From the NCBI RefSeq assembly GCF_056746865.1, contig NZ_CM163382.1: a stretch of 64,000 nt of DNA; one strand, given 5' to 3'. The notes under the pieces are model-generated. The model was not told the origin of the DNA. It did no database searches and was given only the letters and a program-made list of their open reading frames with translations. Both the position numbers and the translations under genes were made by a program. Positions 47,574-57,431 of the stretch are shown in pieces (position 1 is the stretch's first letter; each line of letters opens with the position of its first letter).

Positions 47574-48506
47574 ATGAGTAAGAAAATTGTTCTCGCCCTG
47601 GGCGGGAATGCGCTGGGCGATGACCTGGCCGGACAAATGAAAGCGGTAAAAATTACTTCTCAGGCAATTGTTGATTTAATTGCCCAGGGACATGAGGTCA
47701 TCGTCACTCACGGTAACGGGCCACAGGTGGGCATGATTAACCAGGCCTTTGAAGCTGCCGCAAAAACTGAAGCGCACTCGCCAATGCTGCCGATGTCTGT
47801 CTGTGTTGCCTTAAGCCAGGGTTATATTGGTTACGATCTACAAAACGCATTAAGAGAAGAACTGCTTTCTCGTGGCATTAATAAACCTGTAGCAACGCTG
47901 GTTACCCAGGTCGAAGTCGATGCTAACGACCCGGCATTCCTCAACCCGACCAAGCCGATCGGTTCGTTCTTTACCGAGCAAGAAGCAGAGCAACTGACAA
48001 AACAGGGTTACACTCTGAAAGAAGATGCTGGTCGCGGCTATCGCCGTGTTGTTGCCTCGCCAAAACCGGTTGATATCATTGAAAAAGAAACGGTTAAAGC
48101 GTTGGTAGATGCAGGCCAGGTGGTGATCACCGTTGGCGGTGGTGGTATCCCTGTTATTCGTGAAGGTAACCACCTGCGTGGTGCCAGTGCGGTTATCGAT
48201 AAAGACTGGGCCAGCGCCCGTTTAGCAGAAATGATTGATGCCGATATGCTGATCATTCTGACTGCGGTAGAAAAAGTGGCCATTAACTTCGGTAAAGAGA
48301 ATGAACAGTGGCTCGATCGCCTGTCATTAAGTGATGCTGAACGCTTTATCGAAGAAGGTCATTTTGCGAAAGGTTCTATGCTGCCTAAAGTGGAAGCTGC
48401 CGCCTCGTTTGCTCGCTCTCGCGCAGGTCGTGAAGCACTGATTACCGTATTGAGCAAAGCGAAAGAAGGGATTGAAGGCAAAACCGGAACGGTGATTTGT
48501 CAGTAA
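47574..48506 (+). CDS. yqeA: Carbamate kinase-like protein
   Basis: 310 aa with an N-terminal amino-acid-kinase motif (IVLALGGNAL). Confidence 0.85.
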   Translation: MSKKIVLALGGNALGDDLAGQMKAVKITSQAIVDLIAQGHEVIVTHGNGPQVGMINQAFEAAAKTEAHSPMLPMSVCVALSQGYIGYDLQNALREELLSRGINKPVATLVTQVEVDANDPAFLNPTKPIGSFFTEQEAEQLTKQGYTLKEDAGRGYRRVVASPKPVDIIEKETVKALVDAGQVVITVGGGGIPVIREGNHLRGASAVIDKDWASARLAEMIDADMLIILTAVEKVAINFGKENEQWLDRLSLSDAERFIEEGHFAKGSMLPKVEAAASFARSRAGREALITVLSKAKEGIEGKTGTVICQ

Positions 48507-48509
48507 TTT

Positions 48510-48720
48510 AAAGGCCGGGTGGGTAATACCATCCGGCCAAAGATTGTCAAGTAAGTGCGCTTTGTTGATGCCGGATGCGGCGCGAGCGCCTTATCCGTCC
48601 TACAAAACATCGCAAATTCAATAGATTGCAATGCACTTGTAGGCCTGATAAGCGTAGCGCATCAGGCAATTTGGCGTTTGTCATCAGTCTCAGGCCGGGG
48701 GGTAATACCATCCGGCCATT
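48510..48720. repeat. REP/BIME-type repeat cluster with flanking hairpins
   Basis: Two near-identical hairpins ggccgggtgggtaataccatccggcc (48516-48541, 48693-48717) flanking REP-like sequence gatgccggatgcggcgcgagcgccttatccg...gtaggcctgataagcg. Confidence 0.6.
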
Positions 48721-48725
48721 TTCAT

Positions 48726-50351
48726 TTAAGCCACTTCCAGCACTTCTTTTGTCGCTTTCACGCCCTGATGCATCAACATCATTAACGCCTCAAGTACGCC
48801 GCCGCCAATTGCCCGGGCTTTATCAGAAACGCTGGTGAAATCAGCCGTTTCACCACGAGGATCGATATCACCAATTTTAAAACCACCGACCACTGCTAGT
48901 CCGTCGTTCAACAAGCCACGCACCATCCCCGTCAACGGTGCTTTAATTTCATGCTCACCAATCCAGGCAATCACATCGCCCTCTTTCACCAGATCGCCTA
49001 ATTTCACGTTGGATCGCATAATGCCTGCAGCAGGAGCACGGATCACCCGTCGGGTGGTATGCCCCATAATATTGCCAGGAACACCGGTATTCTCCTGCGC
49101 ACAACCAGAGTAAATCACCTGACCGAGCCAGTGCCCGCGATTTGTTTCAATTACCGCATGACAATCCTTCCCTGCAATAAAGCCCGGCCCAAGCGCGATT
49201 GTTACTGGTGCCATATCTGCCCGCGTCCCCAAATTCTGTTTCGCCAGAATAGCGTCCACCACGCAAAGCGGTTTCAGTTCATCAAGCAATGAACAGGCGG
49301 GATCTACCATCACAGGGATGAATCCGCGTTCGGTAAGTTTCATCGCTTCCGCAGAGCTGGTTGCCAGGCGGGCAGTGACGCCTTCGACCGTCATTTCGCC
49401 ATCGAACACGGCCTGGGCAAACGCCACGGTACAACGAATCACTGTCGGTTTTTCCACTTCCAACATGATCACTTTAAAACCCGCATGATACAGACGTAGC
49501 GCCACACCACTGGCGATATCCCCCGCACCGCGAATCACCACCAGCTGGTGTCCGGAAGGATGAGAAGGTTTCATCATCAGCCCACCCGGCGCGTTATTTT
49601 TCACCTGTAATATTTCTGCCAGCACGCTGATGGCGATCTCCTGCGGCGTTTCCGCACCTATGTTGTAACCAACGGGCGCATGTAAACGGGCAATATGTTC
49701 TTCAGCCACGCCTTTCTCACGCAATTGACGTAGGAAAAGCTGAACCTTGCGGCGACTTGCCAGCAACCCCAGCCATGCAATGGGCTGTTCAATGAGTTTG
49801 TCGAGGGCTTCACGATCCTGATTATTCGTGGCAATCAGGACAAAATTATCAGGGCGAATATCCAGTGCTTCCACTGCCGCACCAAACGACTCAGCATGGA
49901 GAAGCGTGGTTGATGGTGGGAATAGTTCAGGATTGAGGCTTTCGCGATAAATATCAGCAACGGCAATATCAAATCCTAATAGCGCCGCACTCTGGGCTAT
50001 CGCCCGGTTGACATGCCCCGCGCCAATCAACACCAGACGTGGACGCATACCATGGACGCTGATAAATACTGACATTGCACCTCCACAATCTGACCCGACA
50101 GCATCCGCACCGTTACGAGCCATACGTCCATGGAATAATCGCGGCTTACGTTCCTGCAATGCCTGAAGCGACTCTTCAATCACCTTCCGCTCAACCATTC
50201 CGCCACCAATTGTACCGACGATAGAACCATCGGCGCGCACTAACATTTGTGCAGAATGGCGGGGAGTAGAGCCTCGGCTATCAACAATTTGCGCCATCGC
50301 AAACGGACAATTTTGCTCTTCGAGTTTTGCAGCCTCTGTGAAAATATTCAT
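48726..50351 (-). CDS. yqeB: XdhC/CoxI-like accessory protein of selenium-dependent molybdenum hydroxylase system
   Basis: 541 aa ORF; synteny with the xdh/ygf cluster. Confidence 0.8.
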   Translation of the reverse strand: MNIFTEAAKLEEQNCPFAMAQIVDSRGSTPRHSAQMLVRADGSIVGTIGGGMVERKVIEESLQALQERKPRLFHGRMARNGADAVGSDCGGAMSVFISVHGMRPRLVLIGAGHVNRAIAQSAALLGFDIAVADIYRESLNPELFPPSTTLLHAESFGAAVEALDIRPDNFVLIATNNQDREALDKLIEQPIAWLGLLASRRKVQLFLRQLREKGVAEEHIARLHAPVGYNIGAETPQEIAISVLAEILQVKNNAPGGLMMKPSHPSGHQLVVIRGAGDIASGVALRLYHAGFKVIMLEVEKPTVIRCTVAFAQAVFDGEMTVEGVTARLATSSAEAMKLTERGFIPVMVDPACSLLDELKPLCVVDAILAKQNLGTRADMAPVTIALGPGFIAGKDCHAVIETNRGHWLGQVIYSGCAQENTGVPGNIMGHTTRRVIRAPAAGIMRSNVKLGDLVKEGDVIAWIGEHEIKAPLTGMVRGLLNDGLAVVGGFKIGDIDPRGETADFTSVSDKARAIGGGVLEALMMLMHQGVKATKEVLEVA

Positions 50352-50398
50352 ACCAACCTCAATGGATATCCTTTCAGTAACCCGGAATACCCGGGCCG

Positions 50399-51169
50399 CT
50401 AATTCACAAATCTGCGCGCGATTGCAGGATGTTCTTGTATATCGCCCAGCCAGATTGCCTCTACGTCGTGTTGTTGCAGCGGTTGAAGGAGCTCGCTTTG
50501 CGCAATCGCATTCTCACATTGAGAAAAACGGTTAATGAACCAGACTCGCCGACAACCTTGCGGTACGTTTTTAAATGCGCCCTGAGGGTGGCGAACCAGC
50601 GCAACGAGATCGCTCAGTTGCAAGGTTGCATCAGGTGTTAACCCGGTAATATCAGCAAACTGCGACCAGCGATGGACATTTTCTGTGCTCACTTTCGCGC
50701 CCAAAATATGTCCTCCCATCACAGCAATCACGCAGCAACTGCTTTTGGGTATGCAAGGTTCGTGCTCATCAGGCGCTTTTAACGGCATTCCACGCGAGCC
50801 ATCTGCTTCAATGAGAATTACGTCACACTCTGGTCGTTGCACCAGTGCATCAATCGCTTCTGGCGTAAATCCCTGCACTTTTCCCTGGTTCGCTTTCCAG
50901 CTGTGAAAACAAAATGAAATGGGGGATGTAAGAGACGCATGAGGAAGCATGGCGGGATCACGACAGAAAACCACGGGCCAGTGAGACGTTGGCATAAACA
51001 TATGTGTCGTCGTAGTGATTAACACACGCCTGCCGCTAGCCTGGAGCAGTTCTGCCAGCCAAAAAAGCAAGCTGGTTTTTCCCCCAGCCCCAACAACAGA
51101 AATCACAGTGGGACGTTTCTGCGCGCCTAAATCAATGAATAATGCCGATGGGTCAACTATACTTTTCAC
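50399..51169 (-). CDS. yqeC: Putative selenium-dependent hydroxylase accessory protein
   Basis: 256 aa with a P-loop-like VVGAGGKTS; synteny. Confidence 0.8.
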   Translation of the reverse strand: MKSIVDPSALFIDLGAQKRPTVISVVGAGGKTSLLFWLAELLQASGRRVLITTTTHMFMPTSHWPVVFCRDPAMLPHASLTSPISFCFHSWKANQGKVQGFTPEAIDALVQRPECDVILIEADGSRGMPLKAPDEHEPCIPKSSCCVIAVMGGHILGAKVSTENVHRWSQFADITGLTPDATLQLSDLVALVRHPQGAFKNVPQGCRRVWFINRFSQCENAIAQSELLQPLQQHDVEAIWLGDIQEHPAIARRFVN

Positions 51170-51271
51170 GAGTCTTTATGACCTCTCTGGGATAAATTAT
51201 CCCCAACTTAATCCATCAGGAAGTAACGCAATTATCAGGCGTTATTAGCCCCTATAAATAATGGAACCACT

Positions 51272-51850
51272 ATGTCAGCCATCGACTGTATAATTACCGC
51301 TGCCGGATTATCATCAAGAATGGGGCAATGGAAAATGATGTTACCCTGGCAACAGGGAACAATTCTTGATACAAGTATCAAAAATGCGTTGCAGTTTTGT
51401 AGCCGAATTATTTTAGTCACCGGCTATCGTGGTAATGAACTGCACGAACGTTACGCGAACCAGAGCAATATCACTATTATCCACAACCCAGATTATGCAC
51501 AGGGTTTACTAACATCAGTAAAGGCCGCAGTACCTGCGGTACAAACAGAATATTGTTTTCTCACCCACGGTGACATGCCTACCCTCACCATCGATATTTT
51601 TAGTAAAATCTGGTCGTTACGAAATGATGGCGCAATACTGCCACTCCATAATGGCATTCCCGGCCATCCGATTTTAGTGTCAAAGCCATGCCTGATGCAG
51701 GCAATCCAGCGTCCCAATATCACCAATATGCGTCAGGCACTCCTTATGGGAGAACATTATTCCGTCGAAATAGAAAATGCAGAAATAATTTTAGATATTG
51801 ATACTCCGGACGACTTTATTACAGCGAAAAAAAGGCATACTGAAATTTAG
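51272..51850 (+). CDS. mocA: Molybdenum cofactor cytidylyltransferase (MobA-like)
   Basis: 192 aa nucleotidyltransferase-like N-terminus (IITAAGLSSRMG); synteny (ygfJ). Confidence 0.8.
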   Translation: MSAIDCIITAAGLSSRMGQWKMMLPWQQGTILDTSIKNALQFCSRIILVTGYRGNELHERYANQSNITIIHNPDYAQGLLTSVKAAVPAVQTEYCFLTHGDMPTLTIDIFSKIWSLRNDGAILPLHNGIPGHPILVSKPCLMQAIQRPNITNMRQALLMGEHYSVEIENAEIILDIDTPDDFITAKKRHTEI

Positions 51851-52171
51851 AAAACGTAGTTAAACGATTGCGTTCAAATATTTAATCCCTCCAGCACTCT
51901 TTATCATAATGATAAGGAATCACTGATTTTGAGAAAAGAGAAAAAGTGATAAATGGGCTGGCAATAATAATTTTCAGGAGTGATTTTAATTCTCATTTGG
52001 CACCTGTGAGTTCATTCACAAAAAGCTCCTAAGTTTCGAGCCGCCTCACATTTTTTTATATTTCCCGCCAAACCTGGCAAGAGTGGTGCGATTGTTGCTC
52101 TATCCCCCTAAACCACCGGATTTCTCAACACCGGTCACTCAATGATATCTGTATAAGCTAAGGAGAGGGTT

Positions 52172-55100
52172 ATGGGGGATATTATGCGTCCCATTCCGTT
52201 TGAGGAACTTTTGACGCGCATATTTGATGAATACCAACAACAACGCTCAATCTTTGGTATTCCCGAGCAACAGTTTTACTCACCCGTAAAAGGTAAAACT
52301 GTTAGTGTCTTCGGTGAAACCTGTGCCACTCCCGTCGGCCCTGCCGCTGGCCCGCACACGCAGCTCGCGCAAAATATTGTCACTTCCTGGCTAACTGGCG
52401 GACGCTTCATCGAACTAAAAACCGTCCAAATTCTTGACCGCCTGGAGCTGGAAAAGCCCTGTATTGATGCCGAAGACGAGTGCTTTAACACCGAATGGTC
52501 CACCGAATTTACCCTGCTTAAAGCCTGGGATGAATACCTCAAAGCCTGGTTTGCCCTGCATCTGTTGGAAGCGATGTTCCAGCCATCAGGATCCGGTAAG
52601 TCATTTATCTTTAATATGAGCGTCGGTTATAACCTTGAAGGGATTAAACAGCCGCCCATGCAGCAGTTCATCGATAATATGATGGACGCGTCTGACCATC
52701 CGAAATTCGCACAGTACCGCGATACGCTTAATAAACTACTCCAGGATGACGCATTTTTAGCCCGCCACGGCTTACAGGAAAAACGCGAATGCTTGCAGGC
52801 CTTACCGGCACGCATCCCCACCAGCATGGTACAAGGCGTTACCCTCTCCACGATGCACGGCTGTCCTCCGCATGAAATCGAAGCCATTTGCCGCTACATG
52901 CTGGAAGAAAAAGGGCTCAATACCTTTGTGAAACTCAACCCGACCTTACTGGGGTACGCGCGTGTTCGTGAGATCCTCGATGTCTGCGGTTTCGGTTACA
53001 TAGGCTTAAAAGAAGAGTCATTTGATCACGACCTCAAGCTGACGCAAGCGCTGGAAATGCTGGAACGCCTGATGGTACTGGCAAAAGAAAAATCACTCGG
53101 CTTTGGCGTAAAACTGACTAACACTCTCGGCACCATCAACAATAAAGGCGCACTGCCTGGTGAAGAGATGTATATGTCAGGCCGTGCGCTGTTCCCGCTC
53201 TCCATCAATGTTGCAGCAGTTCTCTCTCGCGCCTTTGACGGCAAACTGCCCATTTCTTATTCCGGTGGTGCCAGTCAGCTGACTATCCGCGATATTTTTG
53301 ATACTGGTATTCGCCCTATTACTATGGCAACCGACCTGCTGAAACCTGGCGGCTATCTGCGCTTAAGTGCCTGCATGCGCGAGCTGGAAGGCTCCGACGC
53401 CAGGGGGCTTGACCATGTTGACGTCGAACGCCTGAACAAACTGGCAGCAGACGCGTTAACCATGGAATACACCCAGAAACACTGGAAGCCAGAAGAGCGT
53501 ATTGAAGTGGCAGAAGACCTGCCGCTGACCGACTGCTACGTTGCCCCCTGTGTTACTGCCTGCGCTATCAAGCAAGATATTCCGGAATACATTCGGCTGC
53601 TTGGCGAACACCGCTATGCTGACGCGCTGGAACTCATCTACCAACGCAACGCCCTGCCCGCCATTACCGGTCATATTTGCGATCACCAGTGCCAATACAA
53701 CTGTACCCGCCTGGATTACGACAGTGCGCTGAATATCCGCGAACTGAAAAAAGTCGCGCTGGAAAAAGGTTGGGATGAATATAAGCAACGCTGGCACAAA
53801 CCCGCCGGTTCTGGTTCACGCCATCCGGTTGCCGTGATTGGTGCAGGTCCGGCGGGTCTGGCAGCAGGTTACTTCCTTGCCAGAGCGGGCCATCCGGTTA
53901 CGCTGTTTGAACGCGAAGCCAATGCGGGCGGCGTAGTGAAAAATATCATTCCTCAGTTCCGTATTCCTGCAGAGTTAATTCAGCACGATATCGATTTTGT
54001 TGCCGATCACGGCGTGAAATTTGAGTATGGCTGCTCACCCGATTTGACCGTTGAACAGTTAAAAAATCAGGGCTTCCACTATGTTCTGATTGCCACCGGC
54101 ACTGATAAAAATAGCGGTGTGAAACTGGCGGGCGACAACCAAAATGTCTGGAAATCACTCCCCTTCCTGCGTGAATACAACAAGGGCACAGCGCTCAAGC
54201 TGGGCAAACATGTGGTCGTTGTCGGGGCGGGTAACACGGCAATGGACTGCGCTCGTGCGGCGTTACGCGTTCCAGGCGTAGAAAAAGCAACGGTCGTTTA
54301 CCGTCGTTCACTGCAAGAGATGCCAGCATGGCGCGAAGAGTATGAAGAAGCGTTGCACGACGGCGTGGAGTTCCGTTTCCTGAATAATCCGGAACGTTTC
54401 GATGCTGATGGCACCTTAACCTTGCGCGTTATGTCGCTTGGCGAACCTGATGAGAAAGGTCGTCGCCGTCCGGTTGAAACCAACGAAACAGTAACACTGC
54501 ATGTAGACAGCCTGATCACCGCCATTGGTGAACAGCAGGATACTGAAGCCCTGAATGCGATGGGCGTGCCGCTGGACAAAAACGGCTGGCCAGACGTCGA
54601 CCATAATGGCGAAACTCGTCTGACTGACGTCTTTATGATCGGCGACGTACAGCGCGGACCATCCTCCATTGTCGCTGCTGTCGGAACCGCGCGTCGGGCG
54701 ACCGATGCCATCCTTAGTCGGGAAAATATCCGTTCCCACCAGAACGATAAATACTGGAACAACGTCAATCCGGCGGAAATCTATCAACGCAAAGGCGATA
54801 TCTCTATCACCCTGGTGGATAGCGACGATCGTGACGCGTTTGTCGCCCAGGAAGCCGCACGCTGCCTTGAATGTAACTACGTTTGCAGCAAGTGTGTGGA
54901 TGTCTGCCCGAACCGTGCCAACGTATCCATTGCGGTCCCTGGCTTCCAGAACCGTTTCCAGACGCTGCACCTCGACGCTTACTGTAACGAATGCGGCAAC
55001 TGCGCTCAGTTCTGCCCGTGGAACGGTAAACCGTACAAAGACAAAATCACCGTCTTCAGCCTGTCGCAAGACTTTGATAACAGCAGCAATCCTGGCTTCC

Positions 55101-55270
55101 TTGTGGAAGATTGCCGGGTACGAGTACGTCTGAATAACCAAAGCTGGGTGTTAAACATCGACAGCGAAGGTCAGTTCAACAACGTACCACCGGAGCTGAA
55201 CGATATGTGCCGCATTATTAGCCATGTCCACCAGCATCATCATTATCTGCTGGGCCGCGTGGAGGTGTAA
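52172..55270 (+). CDS. ygfK: Putative Fe-S/FAD oxidoreductase (selenate reductase-associated)
   Basis: 1032 aa with a dinucleotide-binding motif (VIGAGPAGLAAG) and Cys clusters (CLECNYVCSKCVDVCP, CNECGNCAQFCP). Confidence 0.85.
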   Translation: MGDIMRPIPFEELLTRIFDEYQQQRSIFGIPEQQFYSPVKGKTVSVFGETCATPVGPAAGPHTQLAQNIVTSWLTGGRFIELKTVQILDRLELEKPCIDAEDECFNTEWSTEFTLLKAWDEYLKAWFALHLLEAMFQPSGSGKSFIFNMSVGYNLEGIKQPPMQQFIDNMMDASDHPKFAQYRDTLNKLLQDDAFLARHGLQEKRECLQALPARIPTSMVQGVTLSTMHGCPPHEIEAICRYMLEEKGLNTFVKLNPTLLGYARVREILDVCGFGYIGLKEESFDHDLKLTQALEMLERLMVLAKEKSLGFGVKLTNTLGTINNKGALPGEEMYMSGRALFPLSINVAAVLSRAFDGKLPISYSGGASQLTIRDIFDTGIRPITMATDLLKPGGYLRLSACMRELEGSDARGLDHVDVERLNKLAADALTMEYTQKHWKPEERIEVAEDLPLTDCYVAPCVTACAIKQDIPEYIRLLGEHRYADALELIYQRNALPAITGHICDHQCQYNCTRLDYDSALNIRELKKVALEKGWDEYKQRWHKPAGSGSRHPVAVIGAGPAGLAAGYFLARAGHPVTLFEREANAGGVVKNIIPQFRIPAELIQHDIDFVADHGVKFEYGCSPDLTVEQLKNQGFHYVLIATGTDKNSGVKLAGDNQNVWKSLPFLREYNKGTALKLGKHVVVVGAGNTAMDCARAALRVPGVEKATVVYRRSLQEMPAWREEYEEALHDGVEFRFLNNPERFDADGTLTLRVMSLGEPDEKGRRRPVETNETVTLHVDSLITAIGEQQDTEALNAMGVPLDKNGWPDVDHNGETRLTDVFMIGDVQRGPSSIVAAVGTARRATDAILSRENIRSHQNDKYWNNVNPAEIYQRKGDISITLVDSDDRDAFVAQEAARCLECNYVCSKCVDVCPNRANVSIAVPGFQNRFQTLHLDAYCNECGNCAQFCPWNGKPYKDKITVFSLSQDFDNSSNPGFLVEDCRVRVRLNNQSWVLNIDSEGQFNNVPPELNDMCRIISHVHQHHHYLLGRVEV

Positions 55271-55272
55271 TC

Positions 55273-56601
55273 ATGTTGATTCTGAAGAATGTCACCGCAG
55301 TGCAGTTACACCCGGCGAAAGTGCAGGAAGGCGTTGATATCGCCATCGAAAATGATGTGATTGTCGCTATCGGCGATGCCCTGACGCAACGCTACCCCGA
55401 TGCCAGCTACAAAGAGATGCATGGTCGGATTGTGATGCCGGGAATTGTCTGCTCGCACAACCATTTTTACTCGGGACTGTCCCGCGGAATTATGGCAAAC
55501 ATCGCCCCCTGCCCGGATTTCATCTCAACGCTGAAAAATCTCTGGTGGCGACTCGATCGCGCCCTTGATGAAGAGTCGCTCTATTACAGCGGACTGATTT
55601 GTTCCCTGGAAGCGATTAAGAGCGGATGTACATCGGTTATCGATCACCATGCCTCTCCGGCGTATATCGGCGGGTCGCTCTCCACATTGCGCAACGCATT
55701 TTTAAAAGTTGGCCTGCGCGCGATGACCTGTTTTGAAACTACTGACCGTAACAACGGCATCAAAGAGTTGCAGGAAGGTGTAGAAGAAAACATCCGCTTC
55801 GCCCGTCAGATTGATGAGGCGAAGAAAGCAGCAACCGAGCCGTATCTGGTGGAAGCACATATCGGCGCTCACGCGCCGTTTACCGTGCCGGATGCCGGTC
55901 TGGAGATGCTGCGTGAAGCCGTGAAAGCCACAGGTCGTGGTTTGCATATTCACGCTGCGGAAGACCTTTACGACGTTTCCTACAGTCACCACTGGTACGG
56001 CAAAGACCTGCTGGCACGACTGGCGCAATTCGATCTCATCGACAGCAAAACGCTGGTCGCTCATGGGCTGTACTTGTCGAAAGATGACATCGCCCTACTC
56101 AATCAGCGCGATGCGTTCCTGGTGCATAACGCCCGTTCAAACATGAACAACCATGTCGGCTACAACCATCACCTTAGCGACATCCGCAATCTGGCGTTGG
56201 GAACTGACGGCATTGGTTCGGACATGTTTGAAGAGATGAAATTTGCCTTCTTTAAACATCGCGATGCGGGTGGTCCGCTGTGGCCTGACAGTTTTGCCAA
56301 AGCACTGGCTAACGGCAACGAACTGATGAGCCGCAACTTTGGCGCGAAATTTGGCCTTCTGGAAGCCGGTTACAAAGCCGATTTAACCATTTGCGATTAC
56401 AACTCGCCGACACCGCTGCTTGCAGACAATATCGCCGGGCATATCGCTTTCGGTATGGGCTCAGGCAGCGTTCATAGCGTGATGGTCAATGGCGTGATGG
56501 TCTATGAAGACCGTCAGTTTAACTTCGATTGCGATTCCATTTATGCGCAAGCCAGAAAAGCCGCTGCCAGTATGTGGCGTCGGATGGATGCGCTGGCATA
56601 A
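55273..56601 (+). CDS. ssnA: Amidohydrolase-family protein
   Basis: 442 aa with the metal-binding HxH motif (CSHNHFYSG). Confidence 0.85.
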   Translation: MLILKNVTAVQLHPAKVQEGVDIAIENDVIVAIGDALTQRYPDASYKEMHGRIVMPGIVCSHNHFYSGLSRGIMANIAPCPDFISTLKNLWWRLDRALDEESLYYSGLICSLEAIKSGCTSVIDHHASPAYIGGSLSTLRNAFLKVGLRAMTCFETTDRNNGIKELQEGVEENIRFARQIDEAKKAATEPYLVEAHIGAHAPFTVPDAGLEMLREAVKATGRGLHIHAAEDLYDVSYSHHWYGKDLLARLAQFDLIDSKTLVAHGLYLSKDDIALLNQRDAFLVHNARSNMNNHVGYNHHLSDIRNLALGTDGIGSDMFEEMKFAFFKHRDAGGPLWPDSFAKALANGNELMSRNFGAKFGLLEAGYKADLTICDYNSPTPLLADNIAGHIAFGMGSGSVHSVMVNGVMVYEDRQFNFDCDSIYAQARKAAASMWRRMDALA

Positions 56602-56651
56602 ATGACAAATACCCTCTTCCCGCAGGGAAGAGGGTTAAATAAGGAAAGAAG

Positions 56652-57431
56652 ATGATTGAACAATTTTTCAGGCCCGACTCTGTCGAACAGGCGCTGGAAC
56701 TGAAGCGCCGCTACAAGGATGAAGCCGTCTGGTTCGCCGGGGGCAGCAAACTCAACGCTACACCAACCCGTACCGATAAAAAGATTGCCATTTCCTTACA
56801 GGATCTGGAACTGGACTGGGTTGACTGGGATAACGGTGCACTGCGGATTGGTGCAATGTCTCGCTTGCAGCCACTGCGTGATGCGCGATTTATTCCTGCA
56901 GCACTGCGTGAAGCCCTCGGTTTTGTTTACTCACGCCATGTTCGTAATCAGTCGACCATTGGTGGTGAAATCGCCGCCCGGCAGGAAGAGTCGGTGCTGC
57001 TTCCCGTCCTGCTGGCACTGGATGCTGAACTGGTTTTTGGCAACGGCGAAACGCTGTCAATCGAGGACTACCTGGCCTGCCCATGCGATCGCCTGCTAAC
57101 CGAAATTATCATTAAAGATCCGTATCGCACCTGTGCGACCCGCAAAATTAGCCGTTCTCAGGCAGGTTTAACCATCGTGACGGCAGCCGTTGCAATGACA
57201 GACCACGACGGTATGCGAATTGCGCTGGATGGCGTCGCCAGTAAAGCCCTGCGTCTGCACGATGTCGAAAAACAAAATCTGGAAGGCAATGCACTTGAAC
57301 AGGCTGTCGCCAACGCCATTTTCCCGCAGGAAGATTTGCGGGGCAGCGTGGCCTATAAACGCTATATCACGGGAGTTCTGGTAGCCGACCTGTATGCCGA
57401 CTGCCAACAGGCTGGGGAGGAAGCCGTATGA
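56652..57431 (+). CDS. ygfM: FAD-binding subunit of molybdopterin oxidoreductase
   Basis: 259 aa CO-dehydrogenase-flavoprotein-like; overlaps the xdhD start. Confidence 0.8.
   Translation: MIEQFFRPDSVEQALELKRRYKDEAVWFAGGSKLNATPTRTDKKIAISLQDLELDWVDWDNGALRIGAMSRLQPLRDARFIPAALREALGFVYSRHVRNQSTIGGEIAARQEESVLLPVLLALDAELVFGNGETLSIEDYLACPCDRLLTEIIIKDPYRTCATRKISRSQAGLTIVTAAVAMTDHDGMRIALDGVASKALRLHDVEKQNLEGNALEQAVANAIFPQEDLRGSVAYKRYITGVLVADLYADCQQAGEEAV

Noticed and set aside
54416-55141. 241 aa and 156 aa ORFs antisense to ygfK
   Set aside because: Shadow ORFs within the long ygfK coding region; no independent start signals.
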